Shown: positions 51,478-62,689 of the stretch, one piece after another
How the letters are laid out: the number at the start of each line of letters is the position of its first letter
Position numbering within the stretch: position 1 is the first letter of the stretch
Assembly: GCA_963718665.1 (NCBI GenBank)
Contig: OY970359.1
Span: forward strand, 2,336,001 to 2,400,000
Reading direction: 5' to 3'
DNA from: an uncultured Phycisphaerales bacterium
GTDB taxonomy: Bacteria; Planctomycetota; Phycisphaerae; Sedimentisphaerales; Anaerobacaceae
Length of the DNA: 64,000 nt
Position numbers and translations under genes: made by a program
The notes under the pieces: model-generated
Told to the model about the DNA's origin: nothing
What the model saw: only the letters and a program-made list of their open reading frames with translations
Databases searched by the model: none

Positions 51478-51562
51478 CAGCACATACAAGCATATACTAC
51501 CACATACTTTGATTTTTAGCTTAATAATGCAAGTATGTGGTTGTATGTGGTACTATGTGGTA
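51478..51562. repeat. Inverted 10-bp iteron triplets around an AT-rich spacer
   Basis: Three CA(C/T)ATAC units, then three (G/C)TATGTGGT units. Confidence 0.7.
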
Positions 51563-51566
51563 CTTT

Positions 51567-52079
51567 TTAGGGAGATATTTTAGGCAGCCTTATTGACTGC
51601 TTCATCTTATTCAAGTTTGCCATCATTTCTGACAAACTGAGTTGCTTCTTTTCGCTTCCTTCTGGCTTTGGTAATCGCCAATGCCAGCATTTATTCCCAT
51701 CATCATCGAATTCAGGGAAACACTTAACGCTGAGTTCCTTCCTTGCTTTTGCCAAAGTAGTTTCTTTGAAGCCGTTTTCTTCGGCAAGCTTGAAGATTTC
51801 TTTTGAACTCATTGACACTCCGCCGGCTAATAACTATTTCAGCCATTCGACGGCACGGTTTTTTTCGGGGGCCTCGATATTGCTCTGGCTGGTCAGGACA
51901 TCCTGTGCGGTGATATTTACTTCCTTATCCTCAAAGACCACGCGGCCATCCTTGATTTCAAACGCCAGCGAAGACGGCCTTTCGCCGATATTAAACTTGA
52001 TGTTAATCAAAAACCGTCTGCGGCCATTCGGATTAGACGGGTCATTGCTGACAAGCCATACCGCGCGAGCCGCTGGAGT
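51567..52079 (-). pseudogene. C-terminal remnant of an MGE AAA (RepA/AAA_25-like) ATPase
   Basis: AARAVWLV..D....RRFL...KFNIG....LAFEI...AVEWLK*...W.WRLP, with an in-frame TAG at 51834-36. Confidence 0.65.
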
Positions 52080-52284
52080 ATTTTGCCTGTGCCGATGACG
52101 AGCCGTTTTCGGTAAGAATGGGAGTTGTAAAGGGCCGACTCAGTGCCTTTAACAGAATAAAGGCCCTTGTGAAGTTGCGGTAATCTTAACTCGTCCCGGC
52201 AAAGCGAGCCATAGCCGGATTTGTGCTGCAAATATGTCTTCACGCATGTGATTAGCCAATCCCTGGTTGGGCGCAAGCCCCAGC

Positions 52285-55200
52285 TTACATAAGCGTAATC
52301 TGCCTAATCTGGCTGTAGCCAGCGAACGCCACGCCGAAATCAACGGTGCCAAAACTTGCCGTAATATTCGTATTCCTTATCGTCAGCATGAAAGAACATT
52401 TATTGAAATCGAAACTGGCCATTGCAATGCCCCCTTCTGTCACTTCAGCTTTTGAGCAGGTGAATTTGCCCTTCCCAGCTTTGAGCTCGTTCGTAGGTAT
52501 GGTAAAGGTCTGTGTGCCCAAAATGACGACAAGGCCCTCGCTGACCCTATTTGCCATGTCCACATCTGTATCTTCAACCGTAAAGCTGCCTTTGACCAAC
52601 AACTGGTCGGTGTTAGGTTTCTTATTGCCTGGCTTAACCTGACACTTGTCGACTTTTAAGGAGTATTTGACTCCCATCAGCAGGATTATTGGTATCGGCT
52701 TATTTTGGCCGTTGACTATCGTTTCGTTGACTTTGGCTGTTCCGATGTAATCACCAACATTTATATCGAAAGTCAGCGGGCAATCAAGGCCCAACAGGTT
52801 GACGTTATTCGCCGCAGAGACAAAACTGTGGGTCTTAACGTCATATTTGAAAGACTTCTTTACTCCGTTCTCTGTGCCTGAATAACTGTATTTGTCCTTC
52901 TTAAGGGTCTTGCTGTTAATAGCGAAGGTTAGAACACAGGGATTAACCATATCATTTGAGTCGACGGTGACCTCGATAACAGTGGCATCGTTGAAGTTGT
53001 CGGCGGTTGCGTCTATCTTGCCTGAAATGGAAATTTTGTCACTATTGTCCTTGCTGCCTGCGATGATAGTGCATTTGGTAACTTGGATGCTGCTACTAAC
53101 GCTGCCTCCGACAATGAACTGTGTGAAGTGGGTTGTCTTGAAGCGAATGGCATACAGGGTGGGAGATATCGCAATGGTCTCAACATTGGTTATGCCCTGT
53201 TGACTGAGCGCGTCAGCCAGCGTGTTATACCAGTATGCAAAAGCCGGGTTGTTAGAGGCGGAGACGCTGTATGGTATGATAATTGTGACGGGCTGGTTAA
53301 AATCCGTTCCGCTCGGGCCAAACTCATAAGGGAAAGTGAAAAGCGACACCGGAAGTTTTGGCGGGTTCTCTACCTTTGAGATCGTGATGTTCAACTCACA
53401 AGGATACGCTCCCGCCGGTACTACTATGGAAATGTCGTTCATGCCGGTTATGTTTGCCGGCTCGGTACCTATGATTGCGTCTGAGGCAGGAGAAACATTT
53501 TGAGAGGCCAGCGCATTAGAATGCACGAAAGTACTCCCGGCATAGTAGATATCAGTATTCTGGTTTCTGTCATCCACCCACACAAGATATGGATACCCGT
53601 ATCTATCTACTCCTATCACAGGGGCGGATTGATTTGAGCTTGTAGCATTATTACCCACGAAGATATTCGTTTCTTTGCCGTGGTTGACATCTACAAAGTA
53701 CAAATTTGTTTTACCACTTTTAACGATATTTCGCATATCCTGCCAGCAGGCGAAAACCCTTAAGCCGGCACCGGTACTACCAGTGGTGATAATCACTGGC
53801 GTTAGCTGGTCGGCGCCCGAGTTGTCATCGACAATATTTCTTCCAGCTAAAGAAGTTTCCGGCAAACCGTTCGACGCCGCATAGTATATGTCCTTGTTGC
53901 CGGCCGTGTCATCGACCCACAACAAGTGCAGAATAGCACCGGTGGCCTCTGTGGCGATTGCAGGATTTGTCTGGTTCCCTGGCTTGGTTACAATCGGCAC
54001 GTTAGCCCAGGGCCCGTTATTCGATGCCGCTCCGTAAATGTCGCTTGAACCATTTCTCGAGTCCGCCCACACGACATAGACGGTATTGGCGGAATCCACC
54101 GCGATGGCCGGCTTAATATGGTCGGAACTGTCGGAGGTTATTCTTGAAGTTGTCTCGGTTGCAAAACCATCGCTTGAACTTGCTATATAGATTTCCTGAT
54201 TGCCCGTTCGGTCATCCTGCCAGGCGATATATGCTTTCGGAGGTATGGAATGGTCGACGGCTATAACGGGATTAACCGCGTTGTTATCGGAATCCGTTAC
54301 TTTTGTTTCGGTGGACCAGTTTATTCCGTCAACCGAAGTTGACATGTAGATATCCCATTTTTTTAGTCGATTGTCCTGCCACGCCAGGTACAATTTGTTA
54401 TAAGCATCTATTGCGAGGGCAGCATTACACCTATCGCTTTGGTTATTTGCCTCTCGAACGCTAGCGCCAAAATTATCTGCACCTGCAGGGAGTTTGCCAA
54501 CGTAAATCCCCCTTCTCATGCCGCTGCTGCTTACCGCCCCCGCGTGCCACGCTACCCAAATATTTCCCGCGCTATCTCGCACAGTTGCAGGATGCCCCTT
54601 ACTGAGATTATTCGAGCTGGAGTTAACCATTTTATTCTCGCCGAACGAACGCGTCTCGGTTGCGAAGGAATAAGAATACTGGCTCATTGCGTTGCCTGCG
54701 AGGTCCTGGGCATTTACCACAACACTTACTTTCTGGTCGTAATCAAAGGTGGTGTTTGGCTGGTAGATAAATGTATAATCGGCCTTGGCACCTGTTCTGT
54801 GGCAACAGCCGTACGGGCTGTTGTAGTCGGCTGTGTCGCCCGTATACACTATGTTGTCGTTGACTTTGATTGTTACTGAATTGGCATCGACCCCTTCGCC
54901 ATTATCCGTAACGTGCAGGATTATCAGTCTGTCTAACGGTATCTGGATTGAGTCGGCGGCGGGAGACAAGCCGCTGACGGTTGGTGCAGACGTATCGGTG
55001 CTATAAACGGTTATCGTTATTGTTTCAGAATCCTGAAGCTGGCCGTCGCTTGCGATAAAGGTAACATGGTAAGTGCCCGCCTGGTTTGGGGCTGGTGTCC
55101 ATCTGAAGCTTTGGCTGGCGAAGGTGGCGCCGATGGGCAAACCTGTGGCTGAATAAGTTATCGTATTACCATCGGGATCGGTTGCATTTACACCGAAAGC

Positions 55201-57861
55201 TAAAAGGTTGTTTGTATAAACCGATTTATCACCAATTGTGGACAGGACAGGAGCTCGGTTTACGTTATTTACGGTGATGGTGATTGTATTTGAATCCTGT
55301 GCCTTGCCGTCACTCGCGATGAAAGTGACCTGATATGACCCTGCTTGGTTGTAATTAGGCGTCCAGCTAAAGGTTTGGCCGACAAATGTTGCGCCGCTCG
55401 GCAGATTCTGTGCTGAGTATGTAATGGGGTCGCCATCGGCATCGGTGGCACTGATTGAAAAACTTAAAGTGCTGTTTTCATTAACCGACTTATTGCCAAT
55501 AGCCGCAAGTACTGGCGGCTGATTAATACTACCTATTACGCTTACTGGGCTTACTGTGATAGTGATTGTATTTGAATCCTTTGCATTGCCGTCACTCGCG
55601 ATGAAGGTGACCTGATATGACCCGGCCTGGTTGGAATCAGTCGTCCAGCTAAAGGTCTGGCCGACAAACGTTGCGCCGCTCGGCAGATTCTGTGCTGAGT
55701 ATGTAATGGGGTTGCCATCGGCATCGGTGGCACTGATTGAAAAACTTAAAGTGCTGTTTTCATTAACCGACTTATTGCCAATGGGCGCAAGTACTGGCGG
55801 CTGGTTCACGTTATTTACTGTGATCGCGTTATTTACTGTGATAGTGATTGTATTTGAATCCTGCAGCCAGCCATCACTCGCGATAAAGGTGACCTGATAT
55901 GACCCTGCTGGGTTGTAATTAGGATTAGGTGTCCAGCTAAAGGTTTGGCCGACAAACGTTGCGCCGCTCGGCAGATTCTGTGCTGAGTACGTGATTGTGT
56001 CGCCGTCGGCATCGGTCGCGGTAACAGTAAAGCTCAAAGGAGAATTCTCATCGACCGCCTTATTTCCGATTGCTCCCAAAACAGGTGCATGGTTATTTGG
56101 ATGCCAAACATTTCCATAATTGGCACGATATGTATCCCACATCGAGCAAACCCAGCTACTCTCATAGCACCTATATTGTACTTCTGTTTTCATAAATCTG
56201 TCTTGATAATCAAAGAGCGCATTATGATTCCACAATGTTTTGGCGTTCATAATATGTGCCGCTAATACCCATCCTGTCCAAGTGGTAGCAGTACAACAGC
56301 TTCGATAGTCAGCATCCCAGTTTTTGCCATCATAATTTGGTATCATAGAGTGCCGGATACCCCATTCAGGAAGCCCTATATCGCTGGAAATGTATTCTTC
56401 TTCTTCCTGTGTGTTTGCTGTATTACCGTGACCATAGTACACAAAATCTGAAATAATATGTGTAAGACCGGAATAAACTGTTCCATTTGGATCGGCAGGA
56501 TAACCACGATAGGGAACTGTTAATGTCAATGCCGTATTACTATCAATCGAAGATATATTATACGCCGCACCATTTGGGTCATATCCTTCTGCATCTACTG
56601 CACCAAACATCTTGGCATATGTCGGGTTGATAGTTTTCCATGCTGTTCCTGACCCCACAACGTTTGTACTCCCTTTAGTGCAAGTCGCCGTTCCAACGGT
56701 AGTTGGAGTATGATACCCATATATCGTATATGGTGCAGTATATACATCCGCGGCACTGACGTAGAATGTCTGGTCGTCTTCGCCAAAATGAATATAATCT
56801 GGGGGTGGGTTACCTGCCCCATATCCACCTGTGTAAATATAATCCCCGGACTTATTGCCGATTGCCGTCATATTGGCATCGTTAAGCATAATACCGGCAA
56901 AGAGAATCGGCCATTTTCGACCGCTTTCGTGACCACCATCTGCAGACCAAATAGATAGACCCCCTGCTTCTATAATACCATAGTTGTCTATACCAAGCTG
57001 AACAAACCAAGTCAGTAGTATTGCTTTTTGCGCATTAGTATAATTCAGTTGTAGTTGTAAGGCACCAATACCAACCTCATTGGACATTTCTCGCCCGTAG
57101 GCAGGCATATCCAAATAGGGGGCTATAAACTCGCAAGTATAACCAGCTACGTGGTCAATCCAAGGCCGTTCAAAATATGCTTCAACGGTTGCTAATGTAG
57201 GCGGACTGCCAGCAGGAACAAGAGTTCCTAAAAGCGACAGTTGGTCACTCAGGTCAGAAACATTGTGCCTAATTGTCTTATCTGTACCGCAATACGAAGG
57301 TCTGAATGAGTTGGTATCAGGTGCAGAAGAAACAACTGTTAGTATTGCTGCTGTAAGAACCATAGCATAATCGGAGCCGCCAGTGTTTGTCCTTGATATC
57401 GTAGAGACAAGCGAACTGTTAACAGGAACTGCCAAGGGATTAGAGGGACTAATACCGAACGCCACATTCAAACCGGATGTCCAATAAGGTGCTGTACTTA
57501 CATAGCCCTGGCTGGCACCGGGAACTGGATTTATCATTGACCCGTTAATGGTTACACCCGCAGGGAAGATATATCCATTCTGAACATAAGTTCCTGTGGT
57601 AGTGAATGAGCATGGGTCAAATCCGATTATGTTTACTGGCCCGACAACCCAATAATCGCCATTGGCAAACTGACCGTAAGGGTAATTTGCATCAAATGTC
57701 CAAGTAATACCAAACTGGGTTATTGAATTAGCCTGAGCAGCAAAGCCCCTGCTCGTCAGGGCAGCATTAATTATCAATAGCAGACAGACCAATATGCGTA
57801 TAAGCGGGTGAAAGGGCCTGCTCACCGGTAACAAAGCATAAAATGCTGTTATAATTCTCAT
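52285..57861 (-). CDS. Large secreted multidomain protein with tandem Ig-like (He_PIG/cadherin-like) repeats
   Basis: Signal peptide, four PVL..IG.K.V.E...ATD.DG..ITYSA repeats, propeller-like W.D.R repeats, ZU5-like EFGPSG..F..PV region. Confidence 0.85.
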   Translation of the reverse strand: MRIITAFYALLPVSRPFHPLIRILVCLLLIINAALTSRGFAAQANSITQFGITWTFDANYPYGQFANGDYWVVGPVNIIGFDPCSFTTTGTYVQNGYIFPAGVTINGSMINPVPGASQGYVSTAPYWTSGLNVAFGISPSNPLAVPVNSSLVSTISRTNTGGSDYAMVLTAAILTVVSSAPDTNSFRPSYCGTDKTIRHNVSDLSDQLSLLGTLVPAGSPPTLATVEAYFERPWIDHVAGYTCEFIAPYLDMPAYGREMSNEVGIGALQLQLNYTNAQKAILLTWFVQLGIDNYGIIEAGGLSIWSADGGHESGRKWPILFAGIMLNDANMTAIGNKSGDYIYTGGYGAGNPPPDYIHFGEDDQTFYVSAADVYTAPYTIYGYHTPTTVGTATCTKGSTNVVGSGTAWKTINPTYAKMFGAVDAEGYDPNGAAYNISSIDSNTALTLTVPYRGYPADPNGTVYSGLTHIISDFVYYGHGNTANTQEEEEYISSDIGLPEWGIRHSMIPNYDGKNWDADYRSCCTATTWTGWVLAAHIMNAKTLWNHNALFDYQDRFMKTEVQYRCYESSWVCSMWDTYRANYGNVWHPNNHAPVLGAIGNKAVDENSPLSFTVTATDADGDTITYSAQNLPSGATFVGQTFSWTPNPNYNPAGSYQVTFIASDGWLQDSNTITITVNNAITVNNVNQPPVLAPIGNKSVNENSTLSFSISATDADGNPITYSAQNLPSGATFVGQTFSWTTDSNQAGSYQVTFIASDGNAKDSNTITITVSPVSVIGSINQPPVLAAIGNKSVNENSTLSFSISATDADGDPITYSAQNLPSGATFVGQTFSWTPNYNQAGSYQVTFIASDGKAQDSNTITITVNNVNRAPVLSTIGDKSVYTNNLLAFGVNATDPDGNTITYSATGLPIGATFASQSFRWTPAPNQAGTYHVTFIASDGQLQDSETITITVYSTDTSAPTVSGLSPAADSIQIPLDRLIILHVTDNGEGVDANSVTIKVNDNIVYTGDTADYNSPYGCCHRTGAKADYTFIYQPNTTFDYDQKVSVVVNAQDLAGNAMSQYSYSFATETRSFGENKMVNSSSNNLSKGHPATVRDSAGNIWVAWHAGAVSSSGMRRGIYVGKLPAGADNFGASVREANNQSDRCNAALAIDAYNKLYLAWQDNRLKKWDIYMSTSVDGINWSTETKVTDSDNNAVNPVIAVDHSIPPKAYIAWQDDRTGNQEIYIASSSDGFATETTSRITSDSSDHIKPAIAVDSANTVYVVWADSRNGSSDIYGAASNNGPWANVPIVTKPGNQTNPAIATEATGAILHLLWVDDTAGNKDIYYAASNGLPETSLAGRNIVDDNSGADQLTPVIITTGSTGAGLRVFACWQDMRNIVKSGKTNLYFVDVNHGKETNIFVGNNATSSNQSAPVIGVDRYGYPYLVWVDDRNQNTDIYYAGSTFVHSNALASQNVSPASDAIIGTEPANITGMNDISIVVPAGAYPCELNITISKVENPPKLPVSLFTFPYEFGPSGTDFNQPVTIIIPYSVSASNNPAFAYWYNTLADALSQQGITNVETIAISPTLYAIRFKTTHFTQFIVGGSVSSSIQVTKCTIIAGSKDNSDKISISGKIDATADNFNDATVIEVTVDSNDMVNPCVLTFAINSKTLKKDKYSYSGTENGVKKSFKYDVKTHSFVSAANNVNLLGLDCPLTFDINVGDYIGTAKVNETIVNGQNKPIPIILLMGVKYSLKVDKCQVKPGNKKPNTDQLLVKGSFTVEDTDVDMANRVSEGLVVILGTQTFTIPTNELKAGKGKFTCSKAEVTEGGIAMASFDFNKCSFMLTIRNTNITASFGTVDFGVAFAGYSQIRQITLM

Positions 57862-58266
57862 TACCAGCCCTCCTCAATCAAAAAACAGTTCGTGAGAGCC
57901 AGTTCTTAAAATAGTGCATAATCTTAAATCTGGCCTTACGCAACTGCAACTTTATTTTTTGCTCACGTAGCACAATATAAATAATAAGAATAAACAGCCA
58001 GGAAGCAAAACAGGTCGAATGAAACTAAAAGTTATGTGAGACGCACTTGATACGATTGTTCAATATCAGGGGGGGTAAATGCATCGGAAATCGCCTATCT
58101 GCGGCCCCGAGGTGCGGCTGTCTCCCATTGTCCAACCCCAAACGCTATTTTTTGAGGTTTTATAGGACGTTATTTTAGGGCCTGAACACTGAGTTTATAG
58201 GTGTTCTGTGGTGTTTTTATAGCAACCTTGGGTTAACTATTTGTTGTACTATGGAGGGGAATAGCC

Positions 58267-58294
58267 TTGACAAATGGTAAATAACTGTTACTAT
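58267..58294 (+). promoter_or_regulatory. Sigma70 promoter of the EPS cluster
   Basis: TTGACA, 16 bp spacer, TACTAT with TGn. Confidence 0.6.
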
Positions 58295-58519
58295 TTGAAT
58301 AACCGCTTAATTTGCAGCGGTCGTGTTCAGGGACGAAGAGATCAGCATTTTTGACCCCACGGAGTTGGGTTAAATGTAATTCAGTGCGAAAACTGTAACC
58401 CGAGGGAAGTTGATTTTAGGACGGAACACCAGCTTGAGAGGCGACGGTCGCCTTAATTTTTTGTCTGGCAATTTATACTTTAGGGTTACGCGTTAAGTGG
58501 TAGTCGAAAAGGGAGTATT

Positions 58520-59314
58520 ATGGAACCGGGAACCGGTGTTCCAAGGGGCCTAAGTGTTCTCTACGGTAGTGACTATGAAAAGTCATGGAAACTATCGACG
58601 TGGGTACTTTGGGCATTGGCTGTAATCACAATTATAGTTTCAGGTGTGGGCTACCGCGTTTTGGCTAATCGGTTCAAACTAATTAATGTTCCAATCAAAC
58701 TACCGGTTCCATTGAGTGCATTTCCCATTCAAATTGGCAACTGGGTAGGTAGCGAGTTGACCATTCCGGCCACTACCAGAGAGTATATGGAAGAAAATTT
58801 TGCAGATGATTTTTTCAGCCGAAGATATGTTAATTCCGCTGAAGGTATCTGGGCGGATGTTTATATGGTGTATTGTTCAAGCCGGCCTAGCGGCATACTT
58901 GGGCACCGGCCCGGTGTATGCTACCCGGCGAACGGCTGGCAGCACCAGAATACCGAAAGGTCGCAACTCGTCTCAAAAGCCGGGCTTCAGGTTGACTGTC
59001 TCGTGGAGCGGTTCCGGAAAAATACGTTGGCACTCGATGAAGTCGTTGTTATGAGTTTTTATGTCCGCAATGGTCGTATTACAGCAGATGAAGGCGATTT
59101 ATCGGGGGTGTTTGGTCGCATATTTAATATTGCCAGAGACCCAAGTCGTTACGTGGCTCAGGTGCAGATAAGCTCTGTGCTGGAAAGTTCGGTTAGAAAG
59201 GCCGCGCATGACATAATAGACCGCGCAGTTGATTTTCTGCCCGACGAGAACGGTAAAATCAGAGCAGCAGGATTTATACAGCATTCTGGCGTTAACGTCA
59301 AAAGTACCGAGTAA
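58520..59314 (+). CDS. Exosortase-associated EpsI family protein
   Basis: TM anchor; PL..FP.QIG.W.G, R.Y and H.P.VCYP..GW motifs. Confidence 0.85.
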   Translation: MEPGTGVPRGLSVLYGSDYEKSWKLSTWVLWALAVITIIVSGVGYRVLANRFKLINVPIKLPVPLSAFPIQIGNWVGSELTIPATTREYMEENFADDFFSRRYVNSAEGIWADVYMVYCSSRPSGILGHRPGVCYPANGWQHQNTERSQLVSKAGLQVDCLVERFRKNTLALDEVVVMSFYVRNGRITADEGDLSGVFGRIFNIARDPSRYVAQVQISSVLESSVRKAAHDIIDRAVDFLPDENGKIRAAGFIQHSGVNVKSTE

Positions 59315-59653
59315 CAAAGACATTCCTGGCTGTAGAACGCCGGGTAACGTATTGTGCGTCAAAAGGTTACGTCGATTTTTCCAATGTAACCCACGGGGAC
59401 GGAGTGTGTCAGGGCTTTGAATAATATGCCGAGATTTGTCAGCCAATTGCAGAATTATCATAAGTATATACATTACAGGATAGATTTATCATTGAACCAT
59501 ATTTAGTCCATGTACCGCTTCTCTGATCTGTGTACAATGTTGAATGAACTATTGAGTGGCTAAAATGAATTTTTAGAGGAACTTAAAGCTTTGCGAATGA
59601 ATTACTGGTTACTGAAAGCTGTTGGCGAAGACGACCAATCGGCTTGATCGCCG

Positions 59654-60913
59654 ATGAAGACGGAGTCTGTTGTTTTGAGCAGTTTGCGTAATAAATTAAT
59701 AAAAGGCACCATATGGAATTCGATTGCCCAATTTGGCACAGTAGGGTTCAATTTCGTCCTGACTTTCATTCTCGCCCGATTGTTATCTCCTGAAGATTAT
59801 GGCCTTCTTGGCATGGTTACTGTAATTACTGGATTTCTTGGTTATTTTTCTGAGTTTGGGATGATTGACAGTCTGGTAAGAAAACAAAACCACGATGAGC
59901 TGGATGAGAATACAGTGTTTTGGGGCGGAATATTCTTTTCGGTTATTATATACATTTTGATATATATTATATCACCATATATTTCGCTGTTTTATGATAA
60001 GCAAGAATTGACTTCAATAAGCCGCTGCGCCTCATTAGTTTTTATTATTGGCTCATATGGAATTGTTCCACTGGCTCTGCAATTCAAAGAACTGAATTAT
60101 CGAGCTATTTCGATTGTATCTTTGATTAGTCTTTTTATTTCCGGTATTATTGCGATATTGCTGGCATACAAAGGTTTGGGGGTCTGGACGCTGGTTATCC
60201 AATTACTCGTTCAGACTCTTGTATCTTCAGTGGGTTATTTTCTATTTATTCCATGGCGGCCGCGATTTAAGTTTTCGATCATACGATTTAGAGAATTGCT
60301 CGAATTTGGTTTACACCGTACTTTTAATAATCTTATTAAGTTTTTCTCAGAAAATATCGATCGGTTACTCATTGGAAAGATTCTTGGTTCCGTCCCGCTT
60401 GGCTATTACACGATGGCTTTCCGATTGATAAGGTTTCCAGCTGAGAAGTTTACATCCATATTTGGTAAGATGCTGTTTCCGGCTTTTGCCCGGATGCAAA
60501 ATGATACGGGCCGCATGCGGAGGAATTATCTTAAAGTAACAATTTTGGGCGGGCTGATAATTCTGCCTTTTGTTATTATTCTTTTGTTTGCAACAGAGCC
60601 ATTAATACGCTGGACGATAGGAGAAAAATGGATGCCGATTTGCGGCTTGGTTAGGATTCTTGCTATTTATTTGCTGATATTTTCAATTTCTTTAGCAGAT
60701 GAACCTATTGTATTGCTTCTTGGAGTAAAATTTCTTAATTTTATGAAGCTTCTTCAGTCGATTTTGCTTTTAGGGGCAGGTTTTTATATTGTGAAAGAGT
60801 ACAATATTGCCGGAATGGCTTGGCTGTATAGTGCTTGCTATTTATTGTATATTATTACTCTCAAAATAAAGCTGTATAGAATATTGGTTTACAAACAACA
60901 AACTAACAATTGA
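59654..60913 (+). CDS. Polysaccharide flippase (Wzx-like)
   Basis: LARLLSPEDYGL, G.GVW.LV and LGYY..A motifs; many TMs. Confidence 0.92.
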   Translation: MKTESVVLSSLRNKLIKGTIWNSIAQFGTVGFNFVLTFILARLLSPEDYGLLGMVTVITGFLGYFSEFGMIDSLVRKQNHDELDENTVFWGGIFFSVIIYILIYIISPYISLFYDKQELTSISRCASLVFIIGSYGIVPLALQFKELNYRAISIVSLISLFISGIIAILLAYKGLGVWTLVIQLLVQTLVSSVGYFLFIPWRPRFKFSIIRFRELLEFGLHRTFNNLIKFFSENIDRLLIGKILGSVPLGYYTMAFRLIRFPAEKFTSIFGKMLFPAFARMQNDTGRMRRNYLKVTILGGLIILPFVIILLFATEPLIRWTIGEKWMPICGLVRILAIYLLIFSISLADEPIVLLLGVKFLNFMKLLQSILLLGAGFYIVKEYNIAGMAWLYSACYLLYIITLKIKLYRILVYKQQTNN

Positions 60914-60969
60914 AAATAATAGATTAGTGTATTATTTATAGGTTAACCCACTGAAAGAAGGATTTATTA

Positions 60970-62511
60970 TTGATGTCATATTCCTGCAGATATTTCCGAG
61001 CCCGTAAAAGAAATAATGCAATTGAAACTGATGGTCTTCAATCATGTGTATTGGGCAATAAATTGTCGTCTGATAACAGTGCTGATTTTAACGGGGTATT
61101 TGTCGAATGGAAATGGGATGGGACATGTTTAAATATCTCAAATGATTACTGCGGCTATTATCCTCTTTTTTATTATGCTGATAAAGAGCAGATTATTGTA
61201 TCAGATTCAATAGTAAAGCTGATTGCACTTGGTGTACCAACTGAATATAACCGGGAAGCTCTTTCAGTATTTTGCCGTTGCGGTTTTTTCCTCTCGGATG
61301 ATACCCCTTTTCGGCAAATTCATACATTACCCCCAAACGCGGCCTTAACCTGGCAAAATGGAAATATGTCTGTAAAAAGCCAGAGAAGGATCAATAAAGC
61401 TGCAGATTTAACTACAGAGCAGGCGGTTGAAGGCTATATTGAATTCTTTAGGCAATCGATGGCTAAATATCAGCCGTATAATGAACAGTTTGCACTGCCC
61501 TTATCGGGCGGCCGTGATTCACGGCAGATTTTGCTTGAACTCTGGCGGACAAAAAAACTGCCCAAAATGCTGGTAACATGCGGCGACAAAAGAGATATAG
61601 ATGTTGCAAAAATTTTTGCAGAACGATTAAAGATAAAACACCAAATCCTGTCAGGTAAAGGAAAATGGACGGATTATGTACTTAGAAAGAACATTGCAAC
61701 TCATTTCTGTGCACTTGAGCATGCCTGGCTTATGGAATTGGGGGATTATTTGTCTGCAACTACTGAGGAGTTTTACGAGGGTACCGGAGTTGGGGCTTTG
61801 GCGCGTGGAGATTTGTTTACACCTGAAAACGTTGCGTTGTACAAGGCCAACCGGCTACGTGATATTGCTAACTGGGTATTCGATAAGTTCGGACCGCCCA
61901 CAGAGTTTTTTGATTGTTTGCCGGAGGAATTTAACTTTTTGGGTAGAACCAGAGATATTTCGGTTGAACTCTTTGCCAATGAACTTGGGACTCTCTTGAC
62001 TGCAGCAAATCCTCTAACGGCGATGAGTTTCTGGAATTGGGGCCGACGGGCAATAGCTCTTTGGCCTTTTGGTATAGCAAGCAGAATTAAAAGAGTAAAT
62101 ACACCCTATCTTGACAGGAATTTATATGATTTTGTTTCTTCCTTTGCCCCAGAGCTGGTTCTCCGGCAGGAGCCGCAAGCAGCGGCAATAAAGAAAGCAT
62201 TTCCGGAATTTGCAGATGTTCCATTCTATAACGAACTGCCGAAAAGCATCTCTAAAAAACGTTCTTTAATAAAAAGGCTTGCAAATTATTCAAATAAATT
62301 ACTAACAATCGCCAGATTATGCCCTTCCCACTTGCCCTTATTATATACAATAAAAGAAAACAGCCTCTTATCGAAGAGAAATATAGGTATGCAGGAAACT
62401 GTATTATTCTATTTATCTCAGTTAAAGTATTGCAGCAGCAAAGAAAATGCAGAACGAACGTTAGCCGAATATTCCACAGTCTATAATAAAAGAAAAAATA
62501 TTTACCACTAA
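60970..62511 (+). CDS. Asparagine synthase-related protein
   Basis: D..G.YPLFY, TPF..I..LPP, LSGGRDSR and PYLD motifs. Confidence 0.8.
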   Translation: MMSYSCRYFRARKRNNAIETDGLQSCVLGNKLSSDNSADFNGVFVEWKWDGTCLNISNDYCGYYPLFYYADKEQIIVSDSIVKLIALGVPTEYNREALSVFCRCGFFLSDDTPFRQIHTLPPNAALTWQNGNMSVKSQRRINKAADLTTEQAVEGYIEFFRQSMAKYQPYNEQFALPLSGGRDSRQILLELWRTKKLPKMLVTCGDKRDIDVAKIFAERLKIKHQILSGKGKWTDYVLRKNIATHFCALEHAWLMELGDYLSATTEEFYEGTGVGALARGDLFTPENVALYKANRLRDIANWVFDKFGPPTEFFDCLPEEFNFLGRTRDISVELFANELGTLLTAANPLTAMSFWNWGRRAIALWPFGIASRIKRVNTPYLDRNLYDFVSSFAPELVLRQEPQAAAIKKAFPEFADVPFYNELPKSISKKRSLIKRLANYSNKLLTIARLCPSHLPLLYTIKENSLLSKRNIGMQETVLFYLSQLKYCSSKENAERTLAEYSTVYNKRKNIYH

Positions 62512-62689
62512 AGAAAGAGGTTAGTAGAATATTTGGAGTTTATGATAACAATTAAAAAATCATAAGTTTAATAACAGCTACCATAAATTTTATATGGAAT
62601 GCGCCGCGTTTTCATTCTTTCAGATGGTGTTCGCAAACTCATCGCTGTCAGATGCTGAAAAAGCCGAAGGCAATTCATATCGGTAAAAA

